From assembly GCA_964016885.1 (NCBI GenBank), contig OZ024756.1, positions 41,912,001 to 41,976,000 of the forward strand: a DNA stretch of 64,000 nt, written 5' to 3'. The position numbers were made by a program, and so were the translations under genes. Under the pieces are notes generated by a model that saw nothing but the letters and a program-made list of their open reading frames with translations, searched no databases and was not told the DNA's origin. This stretch comes from Eledone cirrhosa (lineage: Eukaryota). Position 1 is the stretch's first letter; each line of letters begins with the position of its first letter. Of the stretch, positions 42,230 to 53,493 are shown piece by piece.

Positions 42230-42880
42230 GAACTAAGGAAAAAATTAGAGATAAGAGGGATCAGATGTTGTTTACTCGAGAGAAGGCTACGTTGGTATGG
42301 ACACGTGATGCGCATGAAAGTCGATAGCTGTATAACAAAGTGCAGGGCAATAAAGATAGACGGTAGCCACGGAATAGGCAGACCTAGAAAAACCTGGGAC
42401 GAGCTGATAAACTCCGACCTCACACACTTACACCTCTCCAAGACAATGTCACTGGACCGAGACCTTTGGCAGTACTCAGTAACAGAGAAGACCCGCCTTG
42501 CCAGTAGGCATCTCTAACAAAATACACCCCGTCTCGCCACCACCCCCACCCCATCCACACCACCCCGTTCTATGTAAAGTTATGTTGGTGCCGCGCCATC
42601 CAGGCCGAAACAAATGAGATCGTGTAGGTGTCACAACAAAAAAACACAGTCCACGCTGTAATGTGGCCGTGTAGGCAACACGGTAAAAACCTCCCAGACC
42701 CACACTGTAAATGTGGTTGGTGTTAGGAAGGGCATCCAACTGTAGAAAACCTGCCAGACAGTCCTATGCGAGCAAGACAATCACTCTTGCCTCAAGTGGG
42801 ACTACCCCCGTCCAAACCCATGCAAGCGTGGAACACGGACGTTAAACGTTGATGATGATGATTATGATGATGATGATGAT
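42228..42880 (+). mobile_element. RTE LINE 3' fragment
   Basis: Near-identical to 38444-39103. Confidence 0.88.
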
Positions 42881-43419
42881 ATATATAGAGAGAGAGAGAT
42901 AGATAGCCCTGCAATACTACTGTGGGCCCCCTGGGACCCACTTGCAATTGAGCAGCCTGGACAGTCCGCCACTGTGTATATATATATATATATCGAAGGA
43001 AATGTGGTAAGGAACCAGATGGACCACAACGCACCAAAGTACTCAATACTTAGGGTAGTAGAGTGGGTAATAGGAACAAGTATGACCCCGACGGCAGAGC
43101 TCAAGCCGTTTCGACGGCTAATTCTGGACTTAGCCGTCGAAACGGTTTGAGCTCTGCCGTCGGGGTCATACTTGATCCTATATATATATAGTAATAATAA
43201 TACATTTGAAGACTAAAATTCAAAGAGGGCTCGATAAGGATAAATATATATCAAATATATAAGAACCGTAGAGCAAATATTTAAATCCACATATATATCG
43301 AGAGATAAATGCATACATATAATATATATATATAACGAAGGAGTTGTGGTAAGGAACCAGATGGACCATAACGCACCAGAGTACTCAATACTTAGAATAG
43401 TAGAGTGGGTACTTACTCC

Positions 43420-43450
<31 letters not shown>

Positions 43451-43559
43451 TATATGTATGCATTTATCTCTACACACACTTTACATGATCTTTGACAGTA
43501 AAGCGAACTAAGAATCATGTGCTGTAACTCATAAAGCAAAAAAACAACAGTTGCCTCCC

Positions 43560-43673
43560 TTGAATACCACGTGAGGTTTTCTTAACTCTGTAGTTGCAGT
43601 CTTTGAACGGAAGTCGTTCAGTGGACGTCTCTGATTGGCTCATTCAAAGCACGTGGTCGTTCTTTCTGCAATC
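43560..43673 (+). promoter_or_regulatory. RPS19 promoter and 5'TOP (TCT initiator)
   Basis: CACGTG twice (43568, 43650), CGGAAG ETS-like site (43608), ATTGG inverted CCAAT (43634), pyrimidine tract TTCTTTCT just before the ATG. Confidence 0.75.
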
Positions 43674-46600
43674 ATGGCGTCCGAACGTAAGGTAAGTGTT
43701 TCACTTTGTCTCCTGTTTTTCCTTAGAAATACTCCATTTAAAGCAATATTTTCTTCAATATTATGCAGTAATTTATCAATTAAGTTCCTCTAGGATCTGT
43801 TTGTAAACTAAAAACCCAACAATCTGATGTTAATGCTTCGAAATAACCTTCATTTAACATTCTCCTCCCCAATGGCTGTCCATGTGGAATTATATTTTTT
43901 TTCTTTATTCTAAATCATATAAAAACACTTTGATATACTTTTAAATATAAATCATAAAAAAATATTTCTATTTGCAATAAAATATAAATTATTATTATAA
44001 TTTGTTAAACCGTAAAAACATTTTATTTTAACTTTAAAATATCTCCGCACTGACCATGTCAAATTAACATTTAATTTAGCCGCGATATAAATTTATATAT
44101 TTTATTCTATTAGATATTAAAACAACAACAACAAAAAAAGACTTGTTCTTTTTCTGAGAGCTTCTATCATAGTTTATATACATAAATATATTGAAATAAT
44201 TGGATATTTTGTTAATTATATTGTCGTTCAGCGTAGATTGTTTCTTTTAAATACTATATCCTATGATTTAAAATAAAGATAAATTTGACTTTTTTTTTTA
44301 ACGTGATCCTACATAAAACCAGAACAAACCCATGAGGGGCTTTTACTTTTTTTAACCTTTTCCTGGAAATTTAATACACAAGTACTCCCATAATATTTTT
44401 TTTTCCTTTTATTAAACCGGTCGCAAGTTTTGTTGTGTGGGGTGCAGAGTGGTGAAACACTACTTTAGCGGGCACTGTCAGAAGCAAGAGTGTTATCCAA
44501 CTCTCTTGCCTTTAACATCTTTCCCCCAAACATTCTAACCACATGTCCATAGTATCTGACCTGTGATCTTTCACTTCCGAGAAGTAGCGGCTCTACCCGG
44601 AGTGACTCTTGGGGAAAAATACGTAGACACTATACTCACACACACACGAGGGTCAGGTGAAATGTTTATAGGCTGACCAAGATACTCATGGAATCACCAA
44701 ATGAAGTTTTAATTTTCAACGTGGTCCCAGGAAAGTAACAATACAGTTATTAAGAAAACTTGAAATTAATGTATGCAAGATTTCACAGCTCTAACGTCAC
44801 ACTTTCATGTTTCTCTAACAATTGTGTTTAAAATTACGAGGGTTGAAATACCATTTTAAACACACAATTTACCGTTTATTACTACATATATTATTATATA
44901 ATTGTTTCTGCTTTTGGCACAAGGCCAGCAAATTATCCAGTGTATTACTGGTACTTTATTTCACCGACCCGGTAAGGATGATTGGGAAAGTTAACCTCGG
45001 CGGGGTTTGAACTCAGATCATAAAGGGCCGTAACTATGCGCTACAGGGCATAACGTCCGACCCTCTACCGATACTGCCAATCCACCGCTCAGTATTTATA
45101 CTTTGGGCTTCTTAATTACAGGGTATTAATGGCACATTGGCCTTCAATCGAAAGGTTGTGAGTTCAATTCTCAGACCGGGTGATGTGCTGTTTCCTTGAG
45201 CAAGACACTTTATTTCACATTGCTCCAGTTTACTCAGCTGTAGAAATGAGATGATAGGGACTGGGGTCCCTATCATTCCACTGCAAGTGGTCATGGAGGT
45301 GCCTCGGCAAAAAAAGCACCCAGCACTCACTGTAAATGAGGTTGGTGTTAAGAAGGGTATCCAGCTGTAGAAATCAAGCCAGAATCAGTTCCCGTCCCAC
45401 CCTTGCAAGCAGGGAAAAGCGGACGTAAAATGATGATGATGAAATGATATATATATATATATATATCCCATTTTCTTACTTTATTTTATAGACTGGCGTT
45501 AGTGTCAAAGATGTCGACCAGCATCAGTTCACAAAAGCCTTGGGTGCTTTTCTTAAAAGGTTTGTATAATTTGTGTACACTAATTGCTTTGTATCTAGTC
45601 TAAAATAAGTACATCAATACTGTATGTTATAAGGGTTGGTGACTAAAATATTGCTTTGAAAAGGACCTCATAATGAGCATGAATTGTGCAGGTTTAACCC
45701 TTTAGTATTTACATTGCTCTATATATAATATTGTATTTTTATGGTAAAGGCTACATCTCACTTAATATTGAACCTAGGAAATTTTGAGAACAATGCCTTA
45801 ATGTCAGTATGAGTGGCTAGTTACAGCCAGTTTGAATATAAAGAGGTGAGAGAATTTTGACCGTTTTGAATGTTAAATGGTTAAGCTCTGAGTTGGGGGG
45901 GGGGGGGGGAATTAAAACTCTTGGTATTGTCTACTAGTGTCTAAGCTAATTGGATTAGCAATAAATATTGCAGTATAGAAAATGTTTTTTTAAATTAAAG
46001 CACCATACGTTTGTGAGACTGCTACACATCATGAGAGTATATTATACTAGTAAGCTTTATTAAATTATAAAAAATGTTTACTTTATTTTGGCCTTTGTGT
46101 GTGTATATATATATGAGAGTATTGAAGTTTGCTTGAAGCATTGTGGAATAATAGGTAAATATCTTTAAGTCGTTTCGAAGAATCGACAATGCAAATGGGT
46201 AAATCTCCAGGTAACAAGATCCGGTGGTGGAGAGAGAGATGTAAGTGGGGTATAAGACGTGTAGAAGAATGAAGGAAAGAGTATAAAGGATAAAATAAAA
46301 ATAAGAACACGAGAGAGTTACCTTGGGAGAGATTTAATTGTCCCTATATATTTCGGATTCACATCCATCACCTGTTGATGGATGTGAATCCGAAATATAT
46401 AGGGACAATTAAATCTCTCCCAAGGTAACTCTCTCGTGTTCTTATTTTTATTTTATCCTTTATACTCTTTCCTTCATTCTTCTACACGTCTTATACCCCA
46501 CTTACATCTCTCTCGCCACCACCGGAGATTTACCCATTTGCATTGTCGAGGCTTCCAAACGACTTAAATATATATATATATCTTTTTACGTGTTTTTACA

Positions 46601-49600
46601 GATCTGGTAAAATGAAGATTCCAGAATGGGTAGATATTGTCAAGTTAGGAAGATTCAATGAATTAGCTCCATACAGTCAAGATTGGTTTTATACACGAGC
46701 TGGTAAATATGCACTTAAAGCATCTGTCTTGGCAGTCTAATTGAAAATTAGAAAAATGATTTGATGTATATAATATAGAGGGCAATATATAAGATGAAGT
46801 TAATATACTGTGTTCTCTGTTTATGATGAATAATTGGTCATGCTAATACTGAAGGATATTGAAACTAGGTGTGCTAGTTTTGATTCCTTATGAGTTCAAA
46901 TGACATCTGAAACATGAGCATTTTTGTTATTGAAGTTTATATTTAAATTCTTTATTTTGGTTTATACGGAGACTGGAAAGAAATGCTGGGTATATGAGGA
47001 ATTGAGTGCATTGGTTTGAGTATGTGATGCATATAGATAGGAATGCTGTGTGAAGACATGCTGGTGCCAATAGAAGGAATACCTATGTAAAGGTGTTTAG
47101 AGCTGATCTCAAGATGTTAGGCCTCACGGAGGGGATAGAGTGAAACTACACAGGAGGGCCTGTTCAGCCCATGGACATAAAATCATGCTGCCATTCCTAC
47201 GATAACATTTGAGTAATTCAAACATTTTATATATTTCAGCTTCAGTTTGCAGGCATTTATATATTAAATCACCTGTTGGTGTTGGAGCATTCACAAAAAT
47301 ATACGGAGGTGAGTAAATAAAACTTCATGATGTTAGGTAAAGTTAAAGCTAAAATCTGTCTCAAGCCAAGCCAGAAGGCCAATGTTTCGTGGCATGAAGC
47401 AACTGAGAGTGCTAGGCCCACCCTCCTAGACAGGATGTCAGTCCATAGCTGGTACTTTTCAGCTGAGTATTCTTGAACAACGTGAAATATAGTATTTTGA
47501 TCATAAGTCCAACGCTCTTACCGTTAGGGAGGGACAAGTACCGAATTGAAGATAGCAAGTTTGGCTATTATGGCCATGTGGTTAGAATTTCTCAGGAAAA
47601 AATCGCTGGATAGATTTTACTAGGAGATCAAAGGGTTGAACCCTGAGCTAGATGTTTGGATATCATTCATGAGCCTATCTGGTCTTATTTGGGAGTCAGT
47701 TGGCAATGGTTGCTTCTGACAGGACCTGCTGGAAGCGGTGTTTGAGGACTGCCCCCACATGACAACCCTTTCAGGAATAAGTGGGGAAAGTTTGATTTAG
47801 ACTTTTATTCTCTACTGTTTTTAGTAAATTTATAAAAAGTGAGTTTCTATGATGACTTCTGTTATCCCTGTCTGATTAATAATTGAGGACATAAGTATCT
47901 GAGATCTCACTTTTTGGTTGGTTCCACACAAGGAGCACATTGGTATTAATGAGCATACTGGACTTGTACAAATACAATGTTATTTGCTCTTTATTTCATT
48001 TCTAGCTGTATTGGATAATTACACTAGCATGGTAGTCTGTTTTTCTGAGAAAAACTTGCAAAACCTTTCATTCTTCCAAGAGATCATCTCGAGTAAAATT
48101 GTTCCCTAATTTATTGACCCTGCCTAGATGAATAAGGCATTGCACGATAGGCAATTTAGCCATTGTGTCCTTGAGCAAGACACTTTATTTCATGTTGTTC
48201 CACTCTACTCTACATGTAAGGGTCAAACATATGTTGAATCTCTCTGAGAGCTGTTTATTTCCAGAGCAGACAGAATGTCAATAGATTACTTTAGTAACTG
48301 GCCAAAACAAAGTGGGGGGGGGGGGGGGGGGGCTTCTTTAATGCTAGGGGTTAAAACATTTTGTGTAAGGTGCCATGTTCAATCCCCCCTCCATCTTGAG
48401 CAGGTGTGTTGTGCTGTTGACGATTGGCCCAATGCTAGTTGTCTAAAGAACTATGACCAATCACATTGCTGTCATTTATTGAGGGTTTAAAGATGGTGAG
48501 TTTCAATGATGATCTTTGTTATCCCTGTCTGACAAAATATTGCTGACATTTCTATCTGAGATCTCACTTTTTTATATTTCAAAAAAAAAAAAACTTGAAA
48601 ATGTTTTTGGTTGCCAATTTTCCTGCTACGTTCTCTGAAAACTATTCCAAGTCAGAAGGGATCATCTCGAGTAAAATTGTTCACTAATTTATTGACCCTG
48701 CCTAGATGAATAAGCATTGTACGATAGGCAATTTAGCCATTGTGTCTTTGAGCAAAACACTATTTCATGTTGTTCCACTCTACTCTACATGTAATTCAAA
48801 GGGTCAAACATATGTTGAATCTCTCTGAGAACTGTTTATTTCCAGAGCAGACAGAATGTCAATAGATTACTTTAGTAACTGATCAAAACAAAATTGCACT
48901 CGGGGGGCCCTTTTTTAATGCTAAAAGTTAAAACATTTTGTGTCACAATCTGTAAGGTGCCGTGTTCAATCCCCCCCCCCCCCCCCCATCTTGAGCAGGT
49001 GTGTTATACTGTTGACGATTGGTCCAATGCTAATTGTCTAAAGAACTATGACCAATTACATTGCTGTCATTTATTGAGGGTTTAAAGATGGTGAGTTTCA
49101 ATGATGATCTTTGTTATCCCTGTCTGACAAAATATTGCTGACATTTCTATCTGAGATCTCACTTTTTTATATTTCAAAAAAAAAAAAACTTGAAAATGTT
49201 TTTCGTTGCCAATTTTCCTGCTACGTTCTCTGAAAACTATACTAATACTGTGTATGGCTGTGTGGTTAAGGTGTTCACTTCACTACATAGATATCATGAT
49301 TGCTCTAAACTTATACAAAAAGTTAAAATAAAAAAATATCGGTTTCTGACAAAAGCTGCTTCTGTGTATAAAAGTTGTTTTCATTTTAGTTCTGCTTGGT
49401 GACAAAATTTCTATGTATATGTACTTCCTACAGGCCGCAAAAGAAATGGTACTGTACCCAGTCACTTCTGTCCTGCTTCAGCTTCTATTGCCCGTCGTGT
49501 TTTACAAGCTTTGGAGAACCTCAAGCTTGTAGAGAAGGACCCAAACGGGTATGGGTTTGAAATTTTACATGTTACTTTGTTTCCTTATTAAATCTGTTGT

Positions 49601-50377
49601 AGGCTATTCTAACTTGGGCCCCGCATGTAACAGTTGGGCCTTTAAATTCGAATTGTAGAAGTGCCACAGTGATATACTGCATGGCTTGTACATTGGATTA
49701 AACCTGACAGAAGGCATCTGTCTCTAGGACTAGACTTTCTTCCAGAGGAAGTGGCATAGTGGAATAATTATCCCCGGTTCTGGAGCTTTATCGGGTTTGA
49801 AAGGTTAATTTGAACTCTGGATGTAAACTACCAGGAAGAAATGCCACAAAGCTTTCTGTCCAGTGTTCTAACTCGCTGCCATTGTAGTCAGAATGTACAT
49901 TTAATGAAGGTAATTTCCAACTGAGTTATGGTCTACTAATTAAATTGTCTTTCTTGGTTATAGTCATTTCACTTTTCACTTGTGCACATATAATATATTG
50001 CACAACTGACAACAGCTAGGTGCAGGTGGAACAATAGACTATGGTCTTATGTGGCTGTGTTTGGTTGAATCCAGTTTATCTTGGAAGTTTTCACTCTTAT
50101 CTTTCTCAAATCAATTTGACATTGCTGTTTTGCAGTTTATTTTGCTATCTGAAATCGAAATAACTTGTCTAATGACCACTATATGTGCTACATGTGAAGA
50201 GATAGTTAGCCTAAACTTGACAAAATCCACGCTAGCAATGTTTTAGAAAAAAAGTTTTCTCTGTATACTTCCAGTGGTCGCCGTTTGACTTCACAAGGCC
50301 GTCGGGATTTAGACCGAATTGCATCTCAGATAAAGTACAACCACCAAACCACTGGTAATGCCACTCAGTGGAAATAG
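43674..50377 (+). CDS. RPS19: 40S ribosomal protein S19 (eS19), 157 aa; exons 43674-43691, 45492-45559, 46602-46702, 47240-47308, 49434-49548, 50275-50377
   Basis: Spliced product [43 protein letters not shown]...[22 protein letters not shown]...[16 protein letters not shown]; all introns GT-AG, phases consistent; AATAAA at 50404. Confidence 0.97.
45130..45448 (+). mobile_element. tRNA-derived SINE with RTE-type tail (5'-truncated; full copy at 51807-52125)
   Basis: GTGAGTTCAATTCTC B box, CCTTGAGCAAGACACTT core, tail shared with RTE 3' ends. Confidence 0.8.
46163..46570. mobile_element. About 200-bp-arm palindrome in RPS19 intron 2 with a hammerhead remnant at its centre
   Basis: Arms 46163-46370 and 46376-46570; centre CTGTTGA-tggatgtgaatcc-GAAA-tata-TA. 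Confidence 0.8.
46818..46914 (+). ncRNA. Box C/D snoRNA, mgU6-53/SNORD8-like (predicted guide for U6 Am53)
   Basis: Box C ATGATGA (46823), GGTCATGCTAATA-CTGA (D') complementary to U6 AUUAGCAUGGCC, box D CTGA (46907), terminal stem tgttt/aaaca; the D'+5 rule gives A53. Confidence 0.85.
47839..47910 (+). ncRNA. Box C/D snoRNA, snR38/SNORD1-like, copy 1
   Basis: ATGATGA, GTTATCCCTGT-CTGA (antisense to 28S ACAGGGAUAAC), C' TGAGGA, D CTGA, terminal stem gtgag/ctcac. Confidence 0.9.
48496..48567 (+). ncRNA. Box C/D snoRNA, snR38/SNORD1-like, copy 2
   Basis: Same boxes and guide; C' TGCTGA. Confidence 0.88.
49091..49162 (+). ncRNA. Box C/D snoRNA, snR38/SNORD1-like, copy 3
   Basis: Identical to copy 2, within an approximately 590-bp tandem duplication. 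Confidence 0.88.
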
Positions 50378-51806
50378 GCGATATAAATGAGAAAAAATTA
50401 ATAATAAAATAATTAAAATTGATATGAGGCTTTGTTTTTTTCTCTTGTTTGGCACAGAAGGTGTCTGGTTTCATGTGAGTTCAACTGGAGCTCCTACCAT
50501 TAAAACTAGGAGGCAAGTGTATGCCATAAATTTCAATACCAAGAATCTGATTCCCCAGATGGTGTAACAATGGTTGCATAAAAAAATACTCTTCTGTGGT
50601 CTGTGGCAGAATTTTCATGACTGATATTTTCCTAAAACTTGGTAATTTGTAGAACAAGGATTAAGGAATATTTGTATTAAATGACAACAAAAAAACACCT
50701 AATACTCACTGTGGTGTATTAATCTAGTCTTTTTGTGAAGAAATGTTTTTCTTTTTACTTCACAAGACTGATGAGCAAACATAAAATGAATATATACAAT
50801 TAATTATTGCTAAGAACCTTATAAATATATGATAAAAGACCATCAATTCACCACTAAGTCTGGGGCCAAATCAACACACTGGCAGTATTACCACAACAAA
50901 GGGCAAGGCTAAGATGCTGAAATAAAGCACCCTCATATTTTGGTACGGTAAGCTATTAACGATGACAAGTGGCCGAACATCTCAAATGCCAGTCTGGAAA
51001 AATAGTTCCTGGTGTTTTAGGATTTCTGTTAAGCTACAGAAGCAGAGACTCAACATTTACTTAGACATCCATGGAAGGAAGCAAAAGAGTGACTGACTGG
51101 TGTTTCAGGTGAGGCCCCTATCTCTTACCCAGGCAGGAGAGGTAAGACTGTCTGGTCTCTTCCCAATGGATTAATTAACCTAAACCTTGTTTAATTTGTT
51201 TTCGTTTTCTATATATATATACTTTTTAGTTATGTAATAAACAACAATGGTTTCTTGAAGACGTGTTAGTCCCATAAAACCGGCTGCTATTTTTAGCGGC
51301 ACAAGTATGAGATGCGTTAGGCGCTGTAATATGCGTTCACCAACACAGTTTCAGTCTTCTTAAATCTGTTGAAGTGAAAGGTACAAATTTCCTGGATACG
51401 CACAGGAATAGTGACTTTCACTTAATAATTGTTGCGAAACAGATTTAGATCTGTCCGGGTATCAAACGGCGATTGCCCAATACAGGTTTGTTATTTTTAA
51501 TTTAGTAACCCCACTATCCGGGAGCTTCCAACAGAAATGGTCGCATTCTTTAAGGGTATGTCAATATTTATTTATAAAACTGATCTATATTATATTTTAT
51601 CTGATGAAAGTGCACCATAAATTGACTTGGTGTCCTTGAAATAAATAGTTTCCATTTAATATATCGTATTATATATATAATACGATATAAACTGCCAAGG
51701 TTAACTTTGCCTTTCATCCTTACGGGGTCGATAAAATAAAGTACCAGTAATGCACTGGATATTAGTGGCCTTGTGCCTAACGTAGAAACAATTATATATA
51801 TATGAT

Positions 51807-52125
51807 GGAGGCACATGGCTTAGTGGTTAGAGCATTGGCCTTGCAATCGAAAGGTTGTGAGTTCAATTCTCAGACCGGGTGATGTGTTGTTTCCTTGAGC
51901 AAGACACTTTATTTCACATTGCTCCAGTTTATTCAGCTGTAGAAATGAGATAATAGGGACTGGAGCCCCTATCATTCCACTGCAAGGTGCTACGGCAAAA
52001 AAGCACCCAGCACTCACTGTAAATGAGGTTGGTGTTAGGAAGGGCATCCAGCTGTAGAAATCAAGCCAGAATCAGTTCCCGTCCCACCCTTGTAAGCAGG
52101 GAAAAGAGGACGTAAAATGATGATT
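51807..52125 (+). mobile_element. Full-length tRNA-derived SINE with RTE-type tail
   Basis: TGGCTTAGTGGTTAG A box, GAGTTCAATTC B box, tail ending GGACGTAAAATGATGAT. Confidence 0.85.
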
Positions 52126-52231
52126 CATATATATATTAACTCACTCGATATGCGAATTAGGCTGCTCAGCCATTAATATGCATAAGGAAAGTATATACTT
52201 TCAGACGTTCAATCATCTGGCAGGAAGGTAT

Positions 52232-52274
52232 ACGTTGCTGACGATAGCTAATAAGCTTGAAACTAGTACAGCGT
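52232..52274 (+). ncRNA. Minimal type-I hammerhead ribozyme (43 nt)
   Basis: acgttg-CTGACGA-t-agct-aata-agct-t-GAAA-ctag-TA-cagcgt; palindromic stem III, GUA triplet. Confidence 0.8.
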
Positions 52275-52523
52275 TCTTTTGTCAGTGTTGAACAAATGAG
52301 CAACGATGGTTGCTAGACACTGTACGGCTTAATTCGGGATGTTTGTTTACAAACACACCGAGCATTATAATAAATGTTCGGTGAATCCATACGTGTATAT
52401 ATATATATACATACTACTGTACGTCTGTATACATACTTATATTTAAGTAACAGCCGTACTAAGAGTGAGAAATGAAATTTTATTTCATTTTTTCCGTTTA
52501 TATATATATATATATATATATAC

Positions 52524-52554
<31 letters not shown>

Positions 52555-53493
52555 CTTATACATACATTATATATTTATACTTATATATACATATATTGCT
52601 TTCACTTCAATTTATTATAAATTTAGGAATTTCTATGTATAATATACACACACGGTATCCTACTGAGTACAACAACGTATATCCGTGTGTAACATTTTCA
52701 ACAACACTGGAACAATATTGAAAACAAAACTTTTAATAAAATAATTTTATGGCGATTTATTCATCGAATTAGAAATAAAATTGGTATGAAAAAGGCTATA
52801 GACAGGGTAGGGATTCTAATTTGAGAGTTTGTTGTCTTTTAAGTCTCCTATACTGAACATATTCTTTTCCGTAGAATACGGAAATAGATTCCAGTTTGGG
52901 GTGGGTCATCAACTGATCAGTTAAATGTCGCAAACATGTGTGGTAAATACATATACACCAAGTCCGAACACAAGGGAATTCTCACTGCCTCCATTTCTAC
53001 CTCCATGTCTTGCTTTTATGAGCAAATGGAGGAGCAGGTGCGGCGCCGGAATAGAGAAGGCGTTGCCACGTAGCCATTGCTGCTGGCGGGGCTCACACCT
53101 GCAGGTAGCTAACTGTGTTGGTGGTAAGTTAAAATTACATATTTTTTAAAAAGATTATAGCGAAGATACTGGGTTGTATGAATGTAACAAAACGAGGCAT
53201 TGTGTTTGTGTAGATATATATTTAATTAACAATGGTAGATAGTATAGTTGACATGTCAAAGAAATAGATGGTAGAATGAAACAAAGTTAGTAGTTACCGT
53301 TTTGATTGCCAGGCAAACGCGGCTGGCAGAGGAGCCTGGCTAAGGCCAGCCAGGCCAAATGAGAGGCTCTTGGCCTGGTGCCGAAAAGGCAATGAGAGAA
53401 TGAGAACCTAAAGTTGTTAGTTTTATAGGGTTCTGACCGGAAGTTGCAGAAAGGGTTCTACTTCCCGTCTGGATGATAACCCAAACAAAGGAG

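Larger units (their letters stand above)
48083..49243. repeat. Approximately 580-595-bp tandem duplication in RPS19 intron 4
   Basis: 48083-48645 and 48660-49243 are highly similar. Confidence 0.9.

Noticed and set aside
49660-49710. TGCATGGCTT complementarity to the 18S 5' region in RPS19 intron 5
   Set aside because: No canonical box C and no D/D' box adjacent to the match
50765-50800. CTGATGA after RPS19
   Set aside because: No stem II, GAAA or matching stem I; no box D partner with a terminal stem
51340-51490. Possible short plus-strand exons in a CpG-rich patch
   Set aside because: AG/GT pairs are present, but no coherent reading frame or recognisable product
53290-53430. Telomerase RNA, SRP, 7SK or RNase P identity for the structured segment
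   Set aside because: No CUAACCCU template, and none of the conserved motifs of those RNAs could be recognised
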